Part shown: positions 8,800 through 17,839 of the stretch, in pieces
How positions within the stretch are numbered: position 1 is the first letter of the stretch
Layout of the letters: the number at the start of each line of letters is the position of its first letter
Source of the DNA: a virus
UHGV virus genome: UHGV-0209651
Length of the DNA stretch: 48,107 nucleotides
Reading direction: 5' to 3' (one strand)
Made by a program: the position numbers and the translations under genes
The notes under the pieces: model-generated
Database searches by the model: none
Told to the model about the DNA's origin: nothing
Seen by the model: only the letters and a program-made list of their open reading frames with translations

Positions 8800-11433
8800 A
8801 TGGCTACTACAGACACCCAACAGGCCGCGCAATTTTCTGCTGAGGCAGCAGTTAGTGCTGCCGAAGCAAAACAATATTTAATTGAAGCTCAGCAGGGTTA
8901 TCAGGATACCAGCGCAGCGGCGCAAGAAGCTAAAGATGCTGCCGCAGCAGCAGCAACATCAGAGCAAAATGCCACATATTCAGAGGCTAACGCAGCTCAG
9001 TCAGCAGCGGCAGCAGTGGATGCAAAAGATGATGCGGAGGCGGCTGCTAGTAGTGCTTCAGACTACGCAAAGAACAAATTCACATTCTATAAGACTGCCA
9101 GCGATCCTGATGGCACCATTGCAGGGCTGGCAGCAACTACTGATGGCCAGTCGTTCTGGGTATCCCAGGGCCCAGATGCGCTTTCCGCTGCATGGCAGTA
9201 TCAAAACAAAGCAGGCGTGGCCGTATTGCAGGCGAAGCAGCCGGGTACAGCGGCCATAACAGGGACAATCCGCGAGTTTCCGACGCTGGCTGCGGCGCAG
9301 GCAGACGCAGATGCTGGCAACATACCGGTAGGATCAACTGCGTATTACCGTAGCCCGGACGACAGCGCGCTCGCGATCGAAGTCATGAACATTGGCGGGA
9401 CGCTGGAGGCTACCGGCAGAGCAGTGCCGTCACAACAAGCCGTGGATAATAAAGCCATCACCTCCGGGGATATTTTCAGCTCACTGTCACCGAGAGGTGC
9501 TGCACTGAACGGCGGCTCCGTCATCACTGACGCGTCAAACAGAACTATCGGGCTGCTGGTCCCTGCGGGCTCTACAGGCGGTTCGTCATATTTCTGTTCA
9601 GACATTCCCGCTGCTGCGTTGCGCGGACGAACCGTAAAAATCACGCAGATTTACACGGCGACAGAGGGGTGGCTGAGCACCGTCAACCTGAACACGTTAC
9701 GCGCTCAGTCTCGTGTAGGCGGTACGGTTTCCACCCTGGAGGTAACAGATTACTCGGTATCCCAGACCGGTGCAGTTATTACACAAACAGCGACAGTGGT
9801 TGTGCCTGCTGACGCTGATTACGTGGGCCTGGCTTTCCAGTACGCGTCAAATGCCGCCGTCAAATCGGCCGATATGTCTGTTCAGCTCGCGCAAACCGGC
9901 TATATCATGCAACCGATAGCGGGCAGCATGGTCACGCAGAATGACGGAATGCTCGCCCTGCGGCTCGCGCCGTTATCTGCTGCGGTTATTGCTGCCCAGG
10001 CCACAGCAAACAGCGCACTACTGACGTCTGGTGACGTGTGGGGTGACAATGTGTCGGCCAAGGGGACAGGCGCTGCTCTGAACGGGGCAACTACAATTCT
10101 GGACTCATCCGGAAACGTTGTCGGCCTGAGCATTCCCGCTAACGCTGGTACTGCACAGGGGAGCTATGTGACCTCATGGATGAGCGCAGAGGGTCTGTCC
10201 GGACATACGCTCAATATCACCGCGACGTTTACCACCTCGGCAGGATGGAACGCTGACCCAGCACCTAACACGCTGGCGCTACAGGTCAGGCGTAGCAGTG
10301 GTCAGGTCAACGTCGCTGTCGGGAGTGGCGCTACGCGTACAATTACGCAGAATGGCACCACAATGACGATTGCCATTCAGTACACAGTTGACCCGGCCGA
10401 CATTGATATCGGTGTGTGCTATCAGGTTGCGGGCGGTAATTCTGCTAAATCCTATGACCGCAGCATGCAGACCCAGTCCATCTCGTACACGGTGGTGCCT
10501 GCGGCAGGTGAAACCCTCAATAAAACGATGCTCTCAATCTTTATTGATGAGGCTATTCGTCAGATGCAGAACGGCGGCGAGACAATCACCGTTACCGTAA
10601 AGCCAAGCGGTGGCGACTATACACACCCGAAATTGGCGCTTGACCATATCACTGACGCTACGGCGATGAAGCGTTACGTAATCGCCGTTTACCCCGGCAC
10701 CTACACTGGCTATGCCGAGTGGGCCACGAAAAACTATGTCGATATTATTGGCATGGGCCGTAAAGAGGAGGTCATTGTCAGTTATGACAGTGGCGATGAC
10801 GCAGATCAGGCAACGGTGCGGGGTACATCTCTGTTCTGGATGGCCTCAGAAACTCTGCTCAAAAACCTGACGCTGAAAATCAAAAACGGTCGCTACTGTA
10901 TCCACATGGAGGGTAACGGGGCCACGCCTGATGTCACGATGGCTATTGAGGATTGTTCTGTCATTCACGAGGGGAACGCCAGCGACACATACTGGTGGCA
11001 ACCGTCGCAATACGGTGTCGGCGCCGGCCTGTCAGCAGGTAACACGGTAAGACTGCGAAATAGTTATTTCGAGGGCCGTGGTGGCGGGTTTAGCTATCAC
11101 ACTCCTAATAACCGGGTAGCTTACACGAAACCCATAACGGTTGACGCGGAGGGATGCACTTTCAAGAATACAGGTACTCTGCCGAATACAGGCTATCCAT
11201 ACGACGGCTCATTCTGGATCAAGCCAATTTGCATCGGTGCGGCAGATACATGCCGGCTCGTTGGCAACACGTTTATCGGTGGTGGGGTTTACTACTCAAC
11301 AGGCGAATGGCTTGATACTGCAGATACCACAACAAACAGGGCACAGGTTCAGGTGTGGGGTTACGGTAACACTGGATTTTCGTTCTACAGCAATGAGGAC
11401 TACACGCCCAATATGACAGGGATAAATAGTTAG
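8800..11433 (+). CDS. tailspike/tail fibre protein with a beta-helix depolymerase-like domain
   Basis: 877 aa. The N-terminus is an Ala/Gln-rich anchor region. The centre and C-terminus are Gly/Thr/Ser/Asn-rich and repetitive, like pectate-lyase-fold capsule depolymerases. Its ATG overlaps the native stop of the upstream fibre gene (TAATGG). Confidence 0.65.
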   Translation: MATTDTQQAAQFSAEAAVSAAEAKQYLIEAQQGYQDTSAAAQEAKDAAAAAATSEQNATYSEANAAQSAAAAVDAKDDAEAAASSASDYAKNKFTFYKTASDPDGTIAGLAATTDGQSFWVSQGPDALSAAWQYQNKAGVAVLQAKQPGTAAITGTIREFPTLAAAQADADAGNIPVGSTAYYRSPDDSALAIEVMNIGGTLEATGRAVPSQQAVDNKAITSGDIFSSLSPRGAALNGGSVITDASNRTIGLLVPAGSTGGSSYFCSDIPAAALRGRTVKITQIYTATEGWLSTVNLNTLRAQSRVGGTVSTLEVTDYSVSQTGAVITQTATVVVPADADYVGLAFQYASNAAVKSADMSVQLAQTGYIMQPIAGSMVTQNDGMLALRLAPLSAAVIAAQATANSALLTSGDVWGDNVSAKGTGAALNGATTILDSSGNVVGLSIPANAGTAQGSYVTSWMSAEGLSGHTLNITATFTTSAGWNADPAPNTLALQVRRSSGQVNVAVGSGATRTITQNGTTMTIAIQYTVDPADIDIGVCYQVAGGNSAKSYDRSMQTQSISYTVVPAAGETLNKTMLSIFIDEAIRQMQNGGETITVTVKPSGGDYTHPKLALDHITDATAMKRYVIAVYPGTYTGYAEWATKNYVDIIGMGRKEEVIVSYDSGDDADQATVRGTSLFWMASETLLKNLTLKIKNGRYCIHMEGNGATPDVTMAIEDCSVIHEGNASDTYWWQPSQYGVGAGLSAGNTVRLRNSYFEGRGGGFSYHTPNNRVAYTKPITVDAEGCTFKNTGTLPNTGYPYDGSFWIKPICIGAADTCRLVGNTFIGGGVYYSTGEWLDTADTTTNRAQVQVWGYGNTGFSFYSNEDYTPNMTGINS

Positions 11434-11446
11434 AAACGAGGTGGAG

Positions 11447-11596
11447 ATGGTTATCTGGAATTGGTGGGGTTATGCATATCCCTTCGCATTTATAGGGCTG
11501 GGAACAATGCTGCAGGAATGGTTTGGTCATGATGCGTGGATTGCAGTTCTGATTGTTTCCTTTTTACTCGTATTCAGATTGCAACGACGCAAATAG
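11447..11596 (+). CDS. small hydrophobic protein (49 aa)
   Basis: The ORF (under 60 aa) is not in the supplied track. RBS GAGGTGGAG, two hydrophobic segments and an RRK tail. Confidence 0.3.
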   Translation: MVIWNWWGYAYPFAFIGLGTMLQEWFGHDAWIAVLIVSFLLVFRLQRRK

Positions 11597-11634
11597 CACT
11601 AACCTTTCATAAATTCTCTTTTTTCGCGCCTGAC

Positions 11635-11658
11635 TTAACTAGCACACCTGCTAGTTAA
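11635..11658. repeat. perfect 10-bp inverted repeat with a 4-bp spacer (TTAACTAGCA-cacc-TGCTAGTTAA)
   Basis: Sits directly upstream of the invertase remnant. Possibly a relic recombination site or a hairpin. Confidence 0.5.
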
Positions 11659-11671
11659 GCATAGCTGCCGG

Positions 11672-11761
11672 ATGATGGAGAACGGCGCTACCCGGCAACA
11701 GATCGCAGATGTGATAGGAGTGAATGTGAAGACGCTATATAAGTACCTGCCAGCCTCTTAA
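11672..11761 (+). pseudogene. remnant of a Hin/Gin/Cin-family DNA invertase (C-terminal HTH only)
   Basis: Encodes ...ENGATRQQIADVIGVNVKTLYKYLPAS*, which matches the C-terminal HTH of serine invertases (Hin ends ...STLYRYFPAS). There is no catalytic N-terminal domain. Confidence 0.5.
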
Positions 11762-11831
11762 AATCATTGCGTTGCGTCGGTGCGTCTGATCGATAGCTGT
11801 AACCTGTATTGATCAGATCTCTCAATGAATC

Positions 11832-11851
11832 TACTGTATATAAAAACAGTG
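11832..11851 (+). promoter_or_regulatory. LexA (SOS) box TACTGTATATAAAAACAGTG
   Basis: CTGT-N8-ACAG with an AT-rich spacer, one or two mismatches from the TACTGTATATATATACAGTA consensus. Overlaps a TATAAA -10-like element 19 nt upstream of the ATG at 11870. Confidence 0.6.
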
Positions 11852-11869
11852 TTTATCAGAGGGCAGATC

Positions 11870-12154
11870 ATGCTTAGGCAGTCAGACATCGCCGCGGCGT
11901 TCCGCGAGTCCATTTTGCGCAGTTCCAAGGGGTTCCAGTACCTTCACACCCGCGACTTCGTTACCGCGCTTCGCCGGCGCGGGCTGCACTTTACCGAGGT
12001 GGAAGCTAACTCCTGGACAGCGCGGGAACAAACGTATTTCGTCGATAAGACGCCTGACCATAGCGAAAACAGGCTGTGGATGATGGCAGGGATGGGGAGG
12101 GGCTCTGATGGTGCTAGTCAGGGTTGTTGGAGACTCCAATCCATAGTTTTATGA
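11870..12154 (+). CDS. putative SOS-regulated hypothetical protein (95 aa)
   Basis: ATG at 11870 with an AGAGGG RBS. The track ORF starts upstream at 11825, which would read through the LexA box. Confidence 0.45.
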   Translation: MLRQSDIAAAFRESILRSSKGFQYLHTRDFVTALRRRGLHFTEVEANSWTAREQTYFVDKTPDHSENRLWMMAGMGRGSDGASQGCWRLQSIVL

Positions 12155-12218
12155 CGCTTATGGTAAATAGTGCGAGGATGACAAATACAACGCTTGAGGT
12201 GATCAGAAGAGTAGTCAT
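12114..12218 (-). CDS. small hydrophobic peptide (34 aa, MTTLLITSSVVFVILALFTISVIKLWIGVSNNPD)
   Basis: ORF not in the track. Converges on and overlaps the last 41 nt of the 11870-12154 ORF. Weak RBS. Confidence 0.25.
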   Translation of the reverse strand: MTTLLITSSVVFVILALFTISVIKLWIGVSNNPD

Positions 12219-12363
12219 AGTGAGCCTTATTAATAGTGGTTATTATTCAGGCAGCTCATTTAGTGAATAGTTCAAAGTGTGTTGCACATAGGCCCACCTG
12301 GCAGCTAATGTATGCTGCTGCCTGGTGGGGGTAGTGACTCAGGCAGGAGATCACCGCGAATGA

Positions 12364-12637
12364 TTATATAGACCGATCAACGCACAAACCAGTCGTCAGC
12401 CGTCTCCCAGGCGTCTTTAAGAGTGGTCTCGACAAATTCTTTGGCGATTTCCTTATCAGTCGCCCACGTGACGATCGGGCCGTTATTGCTGGCGCAGCTC
12501 CCGGCTCCGGTGGTGGTGGCGCGTATGACCTCGGGTTTACCAGCACGGCTTATACCGGCGGCGATGGCGCGGATGGCATCCTGATCCTGGAAGAATTCGC
12601 GTAATGGGTGTGTCGTAGTTGTGGCGTGACAGGAATG
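12364..12637 (-). CDS. DinI-family protein (start uncertain)
   Basis: The C-terminus ...LKDAWETADDWFVR matches the DinI signature ...ETWESADDWFV. No in-frame ATG is present; candidate GTG or TTG starts lie at 12637, 12670 and 12682. Confidence 0.55.
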
Positions 12638-12702
12638 CACGATAAAGACAGGGATGTATTCAAACGACACGAAACGACACAAAACGGGATGCGAACGCGG
12701 AA

Positions 12703-12718
12703 AACATGTGTGATTACA
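12703..12718. promoter_or_regulatory. weak LexA-like box (ACAT-N8-ACAG) upstream of the dinI-like gene
   Basis: One half-site is perfect (ACAG) and the other has one mismatch. The spacer is not AT-rich. Confidence 0.2.
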
Positions 12719-12730
12719 GTGTGTTATTTA

Positions 12731-12787
12731 ACGCTCTACTTTCTTCTAAGCCGTAGGTCACAGGTTCGAATCCTGTAGGGCGTGCCA
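12731..12787 (+). other. attP-like core: 3' portion of tRNA-Arg(UCU) ending CCA
   Basis: Contains the CTTCTAA anticodon loop, a T-arm (cacagg-ttcgaat-cctgt) and an acceptor 3' strand with CCA, but no matching 5' acceptor strand. Lies immediately upstream of int. Confidence 0.6.
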
Positions 12788-12802
12788 TTAAGAAACAATA
12801 AC

Positions 12803-13966
12803 TTACGCCAGTTTTAAACCAGCCTGATTTCCTCCTTGTGTCGTATTTGTGTCGCTAGCGCCAAAAATGGCGTCAATTTTCCGTGCGTGTTCGGTCAGGT
12901 GGTTCGGCGCCAGGTGAGCATAACGACGTACCATCTCGATGCTCTCCCATCCTCCCATTTCCTGTAAAACAGAAAGCGGGACGCCGGACTGAATAAGCCA
13001 GCTCGCCCAGGTGTGCCGGAGGTCGTGAAAACGGAAATCCTCGATCCCGGCTTTTTTCAACCCGGCGCGCCAGGCGTTATTGTCATCCACCCGCATTTTT
13101 CTAACCGCGGGCGTTAGTGTTCCATCAGGGCGATGTTTTGCCGTGGTGTGAACGAACACCCACCGGGAGTGCTTCCCTATCTGATCCCTTAATACCCTGC
13201 ATGCGGTATCATTCAGAGCCACGCCAATCGCCTTGCCCGCTTTTGCGTTCTCCGGATTTACCCATGCAACCTTTCTCTGCATATCGACCTGCTGCCACTC
13301 AAGCCCGATGATGTTTGAGCGGCGCAGGCCGGTTGCCAGTGCAAATATCACCACTGGTTTAATGCTCTCCGGCATGCACTCGATCAACCGCTCAGCTTCT
13401 TCTCTGGTCAGCCACCGTATCCGCTTACTGATCGGCTTGCGGGTTTTGATAACAGGAGCTGTTTTTATCCAGCCCCAGTCATTCGCCGCGGCCCTGAGAA
13501 GGGATCGAATGAAGGAAAGGTGTTGCGCCTTCGTAGCCTGCGAAACCTGCCGTGGTTTGTACTCCGGAACCGGCTTTCCCTTCCTCATCGCGGCATCACG
13601 CTTACTCTCCCACACCTGCAGGTGCTTACGGTTGATCATCCCGTTAACGGCTTCATGAACTTCCTCCGCCGTTATCTTCGAGACATCACGGCCGGAAAAA
13701 TGCTGCAGCCAAAACTCAATTTTTGTTTTGTCATCATCCAGCGATCGCTTATGGTCTTTTTCGTGCAACCACCGGATGCAGCACTCTTCGAAGGTTCTGA
13801 CGGGCAGATCGCCGATCTGATCAACCCGCCACGCTTCCGCCTTCAGCTTGTCGTGGAGCTCCTGAGCCTGCTTTTTGTCCCCCGTGCCAAGAGATCGCCT
13901 AACTCTTTTTCCTGACGGCGTAAAGAAATGACAGTGCCACACGCCGCCCCTGAGGGTGATTGACAT
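12803..13966 (-). CDS. int: tyrosine integrase
   Basis: 387 aa. C-terminal ...[11 protein letters not shown]...Y motif set (R, HxxR, Y) typical of lambda/P4-type integrases. Confidence 0.95.
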   Translation of the reverse strand: MSITLRGGVWHCHFFTPSGKRVRRSLGTGDKKQAQELHDKLKAEAWRVDQIGDLPVRTFEECCIRWLHEKDHKRSLDDDKTKIEFWLQHFSGRDVSKITAEEVHEAVNGMINRKHLQVWESKRDAAMRKGKPVPEYKPRQVSQATKAQHLSFIRSLLRAAANDWGWIKTAPVIKTRKPISKRIRWLTREEAERLIECMPESIKPVVIFALATGLRRSNIIGLEWQQVDMQRKVAWVNPENAKAGKAIGVALNDTACRVLRDQIGKHSRWVFVHTTAKHRPDGTLTPAVRKMRVDDNNAWRAGLKKAGIEDFRFHDLRHTWASWLIQSGVPLSVLQEMGGWESIEMVRRYAHLAPNHLTEHARKIDAIFGASDTNTTQGGNQAGLKLA

Positions 13967-14178
13967 AAAACTTCTCCTTTATGTTCACCCGCGTTCGCGA
14001 TGACAGGATCGCGCGGGGTTTTCAAATATGCAATACACGCCGCCTCAGTCGTTCTGTACTTGTTGCCGACCTTGCGGCCGGCGAGTTCTCCAGAATCAAT
14101 CAGGCGGTAGATCACCCGCGCCGACACGATGAGCAAATCGGCGGCCTGCTGTGCTGTTATCGGTTTGTCAGACGCCAT
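13843..14178 (-). CDS. xis: excisionase (HTH_17/AlpA-like)
   Basis: The HTH ...[25 protein letters not shown]... is directly upstream of int, which its 3' end overlaps. Confidence 0.6.
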   Translation of the reverse strand: MASDKPITAQQAADLLIVSARVIYRLIDSGELAGRKVGNKYRTTEAACIAYLKTPRDPVIANAGEHKGEVLCQSPSGAACGTVISLRRQEKELGDLLARGTKSRLRSSTTS

Positions 14179-14190
14179 ATTTCCTCCCGG

Positions 14191-14433
14191 TTACGCCGCC
14201 CGCTGCGAGCGCAGTTTCTTAATGTGTTCGCTCTGCTCCAGATCTGCCTTTATCTGCTGGGACTCTTCGTGAGAGAGCGGCTCGAAATCATTATTAAAGC
14301 GGTCTATGCTTGCTGTGTTGATCCGCCCCTGGCGCCAGTAGCGAACCACCTTAGCGTCACTGCCGGCGACAATTACCGGCCATCCGTGGCAATCAGCAAA
14401 GACCTGACCTCTCTGAATTAACTTGAACATCAC
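14191..14433 (-). CDS. hypothetical early protein
   Basis: 80-aa ORF in the early-left operon. Confidence 0.45.
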   Translation of the reverse strand: MMFKLIQRGQVFADCHGWPVIVAGSDAKVVRYWRQGRINTASIDRFNNDFEPLSHEESQQIKADLEQSEHIKKLRSQRAA

Positions 14434-14648
14434 GCCCTCCGATGCTTACCACGTAATTCCTCTTCTTCTTGGCAATCAGCGCAGCGCTGACAGCCCGCCA
14501 CCAGTTCCCGGCGCCGCTCGGGTATCTCTTCCCCGCAGTCGCGGCAGTGAGTAGCTGAAACCGCCGCATGGTTGATGCGACATTTCGCAATGGCGGCTTC
14601 CCGCTGGAGTTCCTCTAACTCGTTGGCCTGATCAATGATTTCTGGCAT
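14430..14648 (-). CDS. TraR/DksA-family C4 zinc-finger protein
   Basis: 72 aa with CRDCGEEIP...CQRCADCQ. Confidence 0.7.
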   Translation of the reverse strand: MPEIIDQANELEELQREAAIAKCRINHAAVSATHCRDCGEEIPERRRELVAGCQRCADCQEEEELRGKHRRA

Positions 14649-14649
14649 G

Positions 14650-14868
14650 TCAGCGTTCCTTTATCTTTCCGTTCAAAATGCCGATTTCCACATAGAGATG
14701 GCTTGGCGTTAACCCAAGCTGCTTTATCAGCGGCATGCATCCGTTGAGGATCGGTCGTGATATCTCGTCGCAACTTAAAGCGGGAGATGACCGCCGTTTT
14801 GCCTTAACCTCATCGTTAGCCCTGCGTGCTATGCTTCTGAGCGCATTTTTCTTTTCTTCTGGCGTCAT
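14650..14868 (-). CDS. hypothetical early protein
   Basis: 72-aa ORF, coupled to its neighbours. Confidence 0.45.
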   Translation of the reverse strand: MTPEEKKNALRSIARRANDEVKAKRRSSPALSCDEISRPILNGCMPLIKQLGLTPSHLYVEIGILNGKIKER

Positions 14869-15392
14869 GCAGCCTCCAGATTCCCGATCCGCTTTAACTC
14901 AGCCAGCGATACAGTCGTGATGATGTGTCGCGGGGTGATGTACGGACGCCAGATAAACAGAAGCGAGCCTTTGGGGTTGCTCCGGCGCTTTCCTGTAACG
15001 GATGCCGGAACAAACTGAACACGGCCGCCGGTTATGAGTCTGAGTTCATCAGCTGATTGCATGGCTGAAATAAACCAGCCGGTAGAAATGTCAGCCGGTA
15101 ACAACATCACTACGGCCTGAGACTGCGCCCGGGATTGCTCGGCTGCCTTTTCCACCCACGGCCCAATATCGGAATAGGGCGGGTTACACCAGATCGCCCC
15201 GTATGACGTCCATTCATTGTTCAGCGAGTCATCCAGCTCAGTGAGGTAGTGAGCGCATAGCGCATTACTCTCAGAGGCTGCAGCATCAAGCCAGAAGCCA
15301 AACTCGCGATCGAGCGCGTTGAAAATTTCAATCGGCGTTTGCCAGTAGTCACGTTCATTTTTTGGAGTTTTCGATCCGCCGAAATCAGTCAT
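14865..15392 (-). CDS. phage DNA N6-adenine methyltransferase (Dam-like)
   Basis: Has the NPPY motif (WCNPPYSD). ATG at 15392 preceded by an AAGAGGTG RBS. The track ORF starts further upstream. Confidence 0.8.
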   Translation of the reverse strand: MTDFGGSKTPKNERDYWQTPIEIFNALDREFGFWLDAAASESNALCAHYLTELDDSLNNEWTSYGAIWCNPPYSDIGPWVEKAAEQSRAQSQAVVMLLPADISTGWFISAMQSADELRLITGGRVQFVPASVTGKRRSNPKGSLLFIWRPYITPRHIITTVSLAELKRIGNLEAA

Positions 15393-15420
15393 TGCGCACC
15401 TCTTTTCGTGTCTGCCTTTC

Positions 15421-16044
15421 TCATGCGGCATGGTCGTGGTTTTTTATGCTGTAAATTTCTTTCTCCAGCTCTTCCAGGAACTTTTTCACTTCGGACTCAA
15501 TCTCATTTGCCAGTGCTTCGTCGAAGTGAATGCGCTTTTTGAAATAGGCGAGGTCTGGCGGTAGACGATCGTCGAAACTAACGAAATCACACCATTTGCG
15601 CCCTGTGCACATCATCTGAGCGTGCATCTGCAACAGGTACTGGCGTTTTGGCTCGCCAGTTTTTAAGGTCTCAAGATGAGTCCAGGTGTTGGGGCACTTA
15701 ATTTCGATAAGCCCATCACCATTAACAAGCCCATCAGGACTTGCTGCGAATCCTGATATAGTTGGGTGATCGATAAGCCCCACCTCAGTGATTTCGGCAT
15801 CGAACTCATTCAGCGCATACATTTCGCGCGCTACCGGCTCGAGTTCTGTTCCGCGCATCATTGCGGCGTTGGAGAAACCTTCTTCAAGCTTCCCGGTGAG
15901 GCGCTGGCAAATTAGCTCGGCCATGTAGTTCTGTCGGCTTGCTGCATAGCCAGACTTGGTTCTGGCCATGACGTCAGCAAGGCGGCTGGCTGTGACTTTT
16001 CCGCAGCGAGCGGCAAACCATTCTGGGGTGCGTTGTTCCATCAT
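15421..16044 (-). CDS. YqaJ-type viral recombinase exonuclease
   Basis: 207 aa. The MMEQRTPEWFAAR... and ...GLIEIKCP... motifs are typical of YqaJ/lambda-exo-like nucleases. Paired with the RecT gene. Confidence 0.75.
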   Translation of the reverse strand: MMEQRTPEWFAARCGKVTASRLADVMARTKSGYAASRQNYMAELICQRLTGKLEEGFSNAAMMRGTELEPVAREMYALNEFDAEITEVGLIDHPTISGFAASPDGLVNGDGLIEIKCPNTWTHLETLKTGEPKRQYLLQMHAQMMCTGRKWCDFVSFDDRLPPDLAYFKKRIHFDEALANEIESEVKKFLEELEKEIYSIKNHDHAA

Positions 16045-16787
16045 TTATCCTCCGGCGCCGCGGCATCGACAGGTTCTGCGTTGTCGACTGCAAGGCTCAT
16101 GTCATACATGCGGCGCTTTTCAACCGCGCCGATAACCTGTTTCTCTTCGGCGCTTAACGCCACCCAGAATTCCTGATACTTAACAGTTCCAAGGCGTGCG
16201 GCAGACTCGCCTTTTGCGATCAGTTCCGGGCGGCGACTATCAGATTCATGCCCTACATGAACCTCTGCCGCACTCCCTTCAATCACACGCTCGGCTTCGT
16301 CCTGATCGAAGATGCCAGCAAACCCAAATGCGAGACGCGCACACTGGATCAGCGTCTTGTGACGAAGCATACGGGTAGGATGGGACTGCCATGGCTGAGT
16401 GTTGCGTTTACACTCTCCCATGTACTCAGTAACGATGGTCGGGTGTGTGCGGTCTTTCCGGTATATCTTGCAGGTACACGCGCCTTCTTCCTTGTCGTAG
16501 GTAAACTCCATTCCATCAAACTGAGGATGTTCGTTGATAATTCGAGCCCAGCCGTCAACGCCGACCACTGGAACAATTCCGCCTTTATCCGGGAATGCAT
16601 AAATCTCCTTCGTCCACGGATTTAGTCCGTACTGGTTGGCGACGATCAGCAGTGCCGTGAACTGCTCATCAGTGACATTCCCACCCTTAAATGCTGTATT
16701 TTTCAGAGTGTTCATCAGGTCAGTTCCGGCATCCATGCCGAGGCGGGAGGCAAGCTTCCCGGCCATTGTAGAAAGTGCTGTGCTCAT
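16041..16787 (-). CDS. RecT/Bet-family single-strand annealing protein
   Basis: 248 aa, directly upstream of and overlapping the exonuclease gene. Confidence 0.75.
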   Translation of the reverse strand: MSTALSTMAGKLASRLGMDAGTDLMNTLKNTAFKGGNVTDEQFTALLIVANQYGLNPWTKEIYAFPDKGGIVPVVGVDGWARIINEHPQFDGMEFTYDKEEGACTCKIYRKDRTHPTIVTEYMGECKRNTQPWQSHPTRMLRHKTLIQCARLAFGFAGIFDQDEAERVIEGSAAEVHVGHESDSRRPELIAKGESAARLGTVKYQEFWVALSAEEKQVIGAVEKRRMYDMSLAVDNAEPVDAAAPEDK

Positions 16788-16803
16788 AGAATTCCCCTCA
16801 AAG

Positions 16804-17088
16804 TTAAAACGGGCAGCCGGTGCGGTGATCCCAGTCGTATTCCGCCTGGGCGTAAGCTACTGCCGAAATGAGATCGTTATATGCCTCGCCAGCTGCATCG
16901 CTGCGGAGGCCTTCGTATGGGCTTTTGTCCATCGGTACAGAGAAGCGGAACAGGCCTGACGGCTCTTTCGGCAGGGCGTCGATAATTTCCTGCGCCCGAT
17001 CGTCAATCCACTTTTCCTTCTCTTCGTCCAGCGTTTGCTCAGCCCACTTACGCTCTTCGATCACGTCGTATGCGCGGTATGCGTTCAT
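16804..17088 (-). CDS. hypothetical early protein
   Basis: 94-aa ORF. Confidence 0.45.
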   Translation of the reverse strand: MNAYRAYDVIEERKWAEQTLDEEKEKWIDDRAQEIIDALPKEPSGLFRFSVPMDKSPYEGLRSDAAGEAYNDLISAVAYAQAEYDWDHRTGCPF

Positions 17089-17177
17089 AGCTCGCTCCTG
17101 AAATTTGGTTGTAAGAATCCCCGGCGCGATGAAAGCCGCCTGATAGCTCAGTTAAATTCGTGCGCTGATATGCTCGG

Positions 17178-17372
17178 TTAATGCGTCCCGGCTGGTACCA
17201 GGTTCGGCAGCAGGTCGCGTGCCTCAAATGCTTTGCGAATGTGGCGCAGGTTGCCTTGCGGCTCGAACCAGAAGGTTTCTTTCAGGTAGTCACGTGAAAC
17301 CTTCCAGGTGGCGCCAGTTTTAGCGTTACGCATCATCACGGCGCGTCCGCTGTTAGGAATTGAGTTAGCCAT
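17178..17372 (-). CDS. hypothetical early protein
   Basis: 64-aa ORF. Its ATG overlaps the stop of the upstream small ORF (ATGGCTAA). Confidence 0.4.
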   Translation of the reverse strand: MANSIPNSGRAVMMRNAKTGATWKVSRDYLKETFWFEPQGNLRHIRKAFEARDLLPNLVPAGTH

Positions 17373-17475
17373 TGAACACCCCCGTAACGTGCAGAATTTT
17401 GATAATCAACGCTGTCCAGATAACGCCGCAGATCAGCAGGCAGTAAATCAGTGAACGAATGCCTTGTTTGCTCAT
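17365..17475 (-). CDS. small membrane peptide (36 aa)
   Basis: ORF not in the track. MSKQGIRSLIYCLLICGVIWTALIIKILHVTGVFNG, with its stop overlapping the next ATG. Confidence 0.35.
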   Translation of the reverse strand: MSKQGIRSLIYCLLICGVIWTALIIKILHVTGVFNG

Positions 17476-17839
17476 GCGACACCCCAGCAAAACTCAAAGC
17501 TTACCCATGCAACCGCAATCACAAGCAGAGCAACCTTTAAGCAGAACCGGTGCCATGCAGGTACTTCGTGTTCTCGGATCATTCTTCAGTACCTCGAAAA
17601 TTAATCTCATGCAGCCTGAGAAGCCCACGCCCTTGCGTCACGACGATTAAGCCATGCCAACTTAACCCACAGGTCATGAACCCCATCACCTCGGCGAGTA
17701 TTGCGGCATTTCTCGCGGTACCGGAGATACTCGGAATTGCACTCAAGGGCATATTTTTTTGCGGTCATCTCTTCACCTTTGCCTTATCGCGGCTAACGGG
17801 ACGTTTTGACTTCACCCCGGCGTTGCCGGTGTTGTTTGT

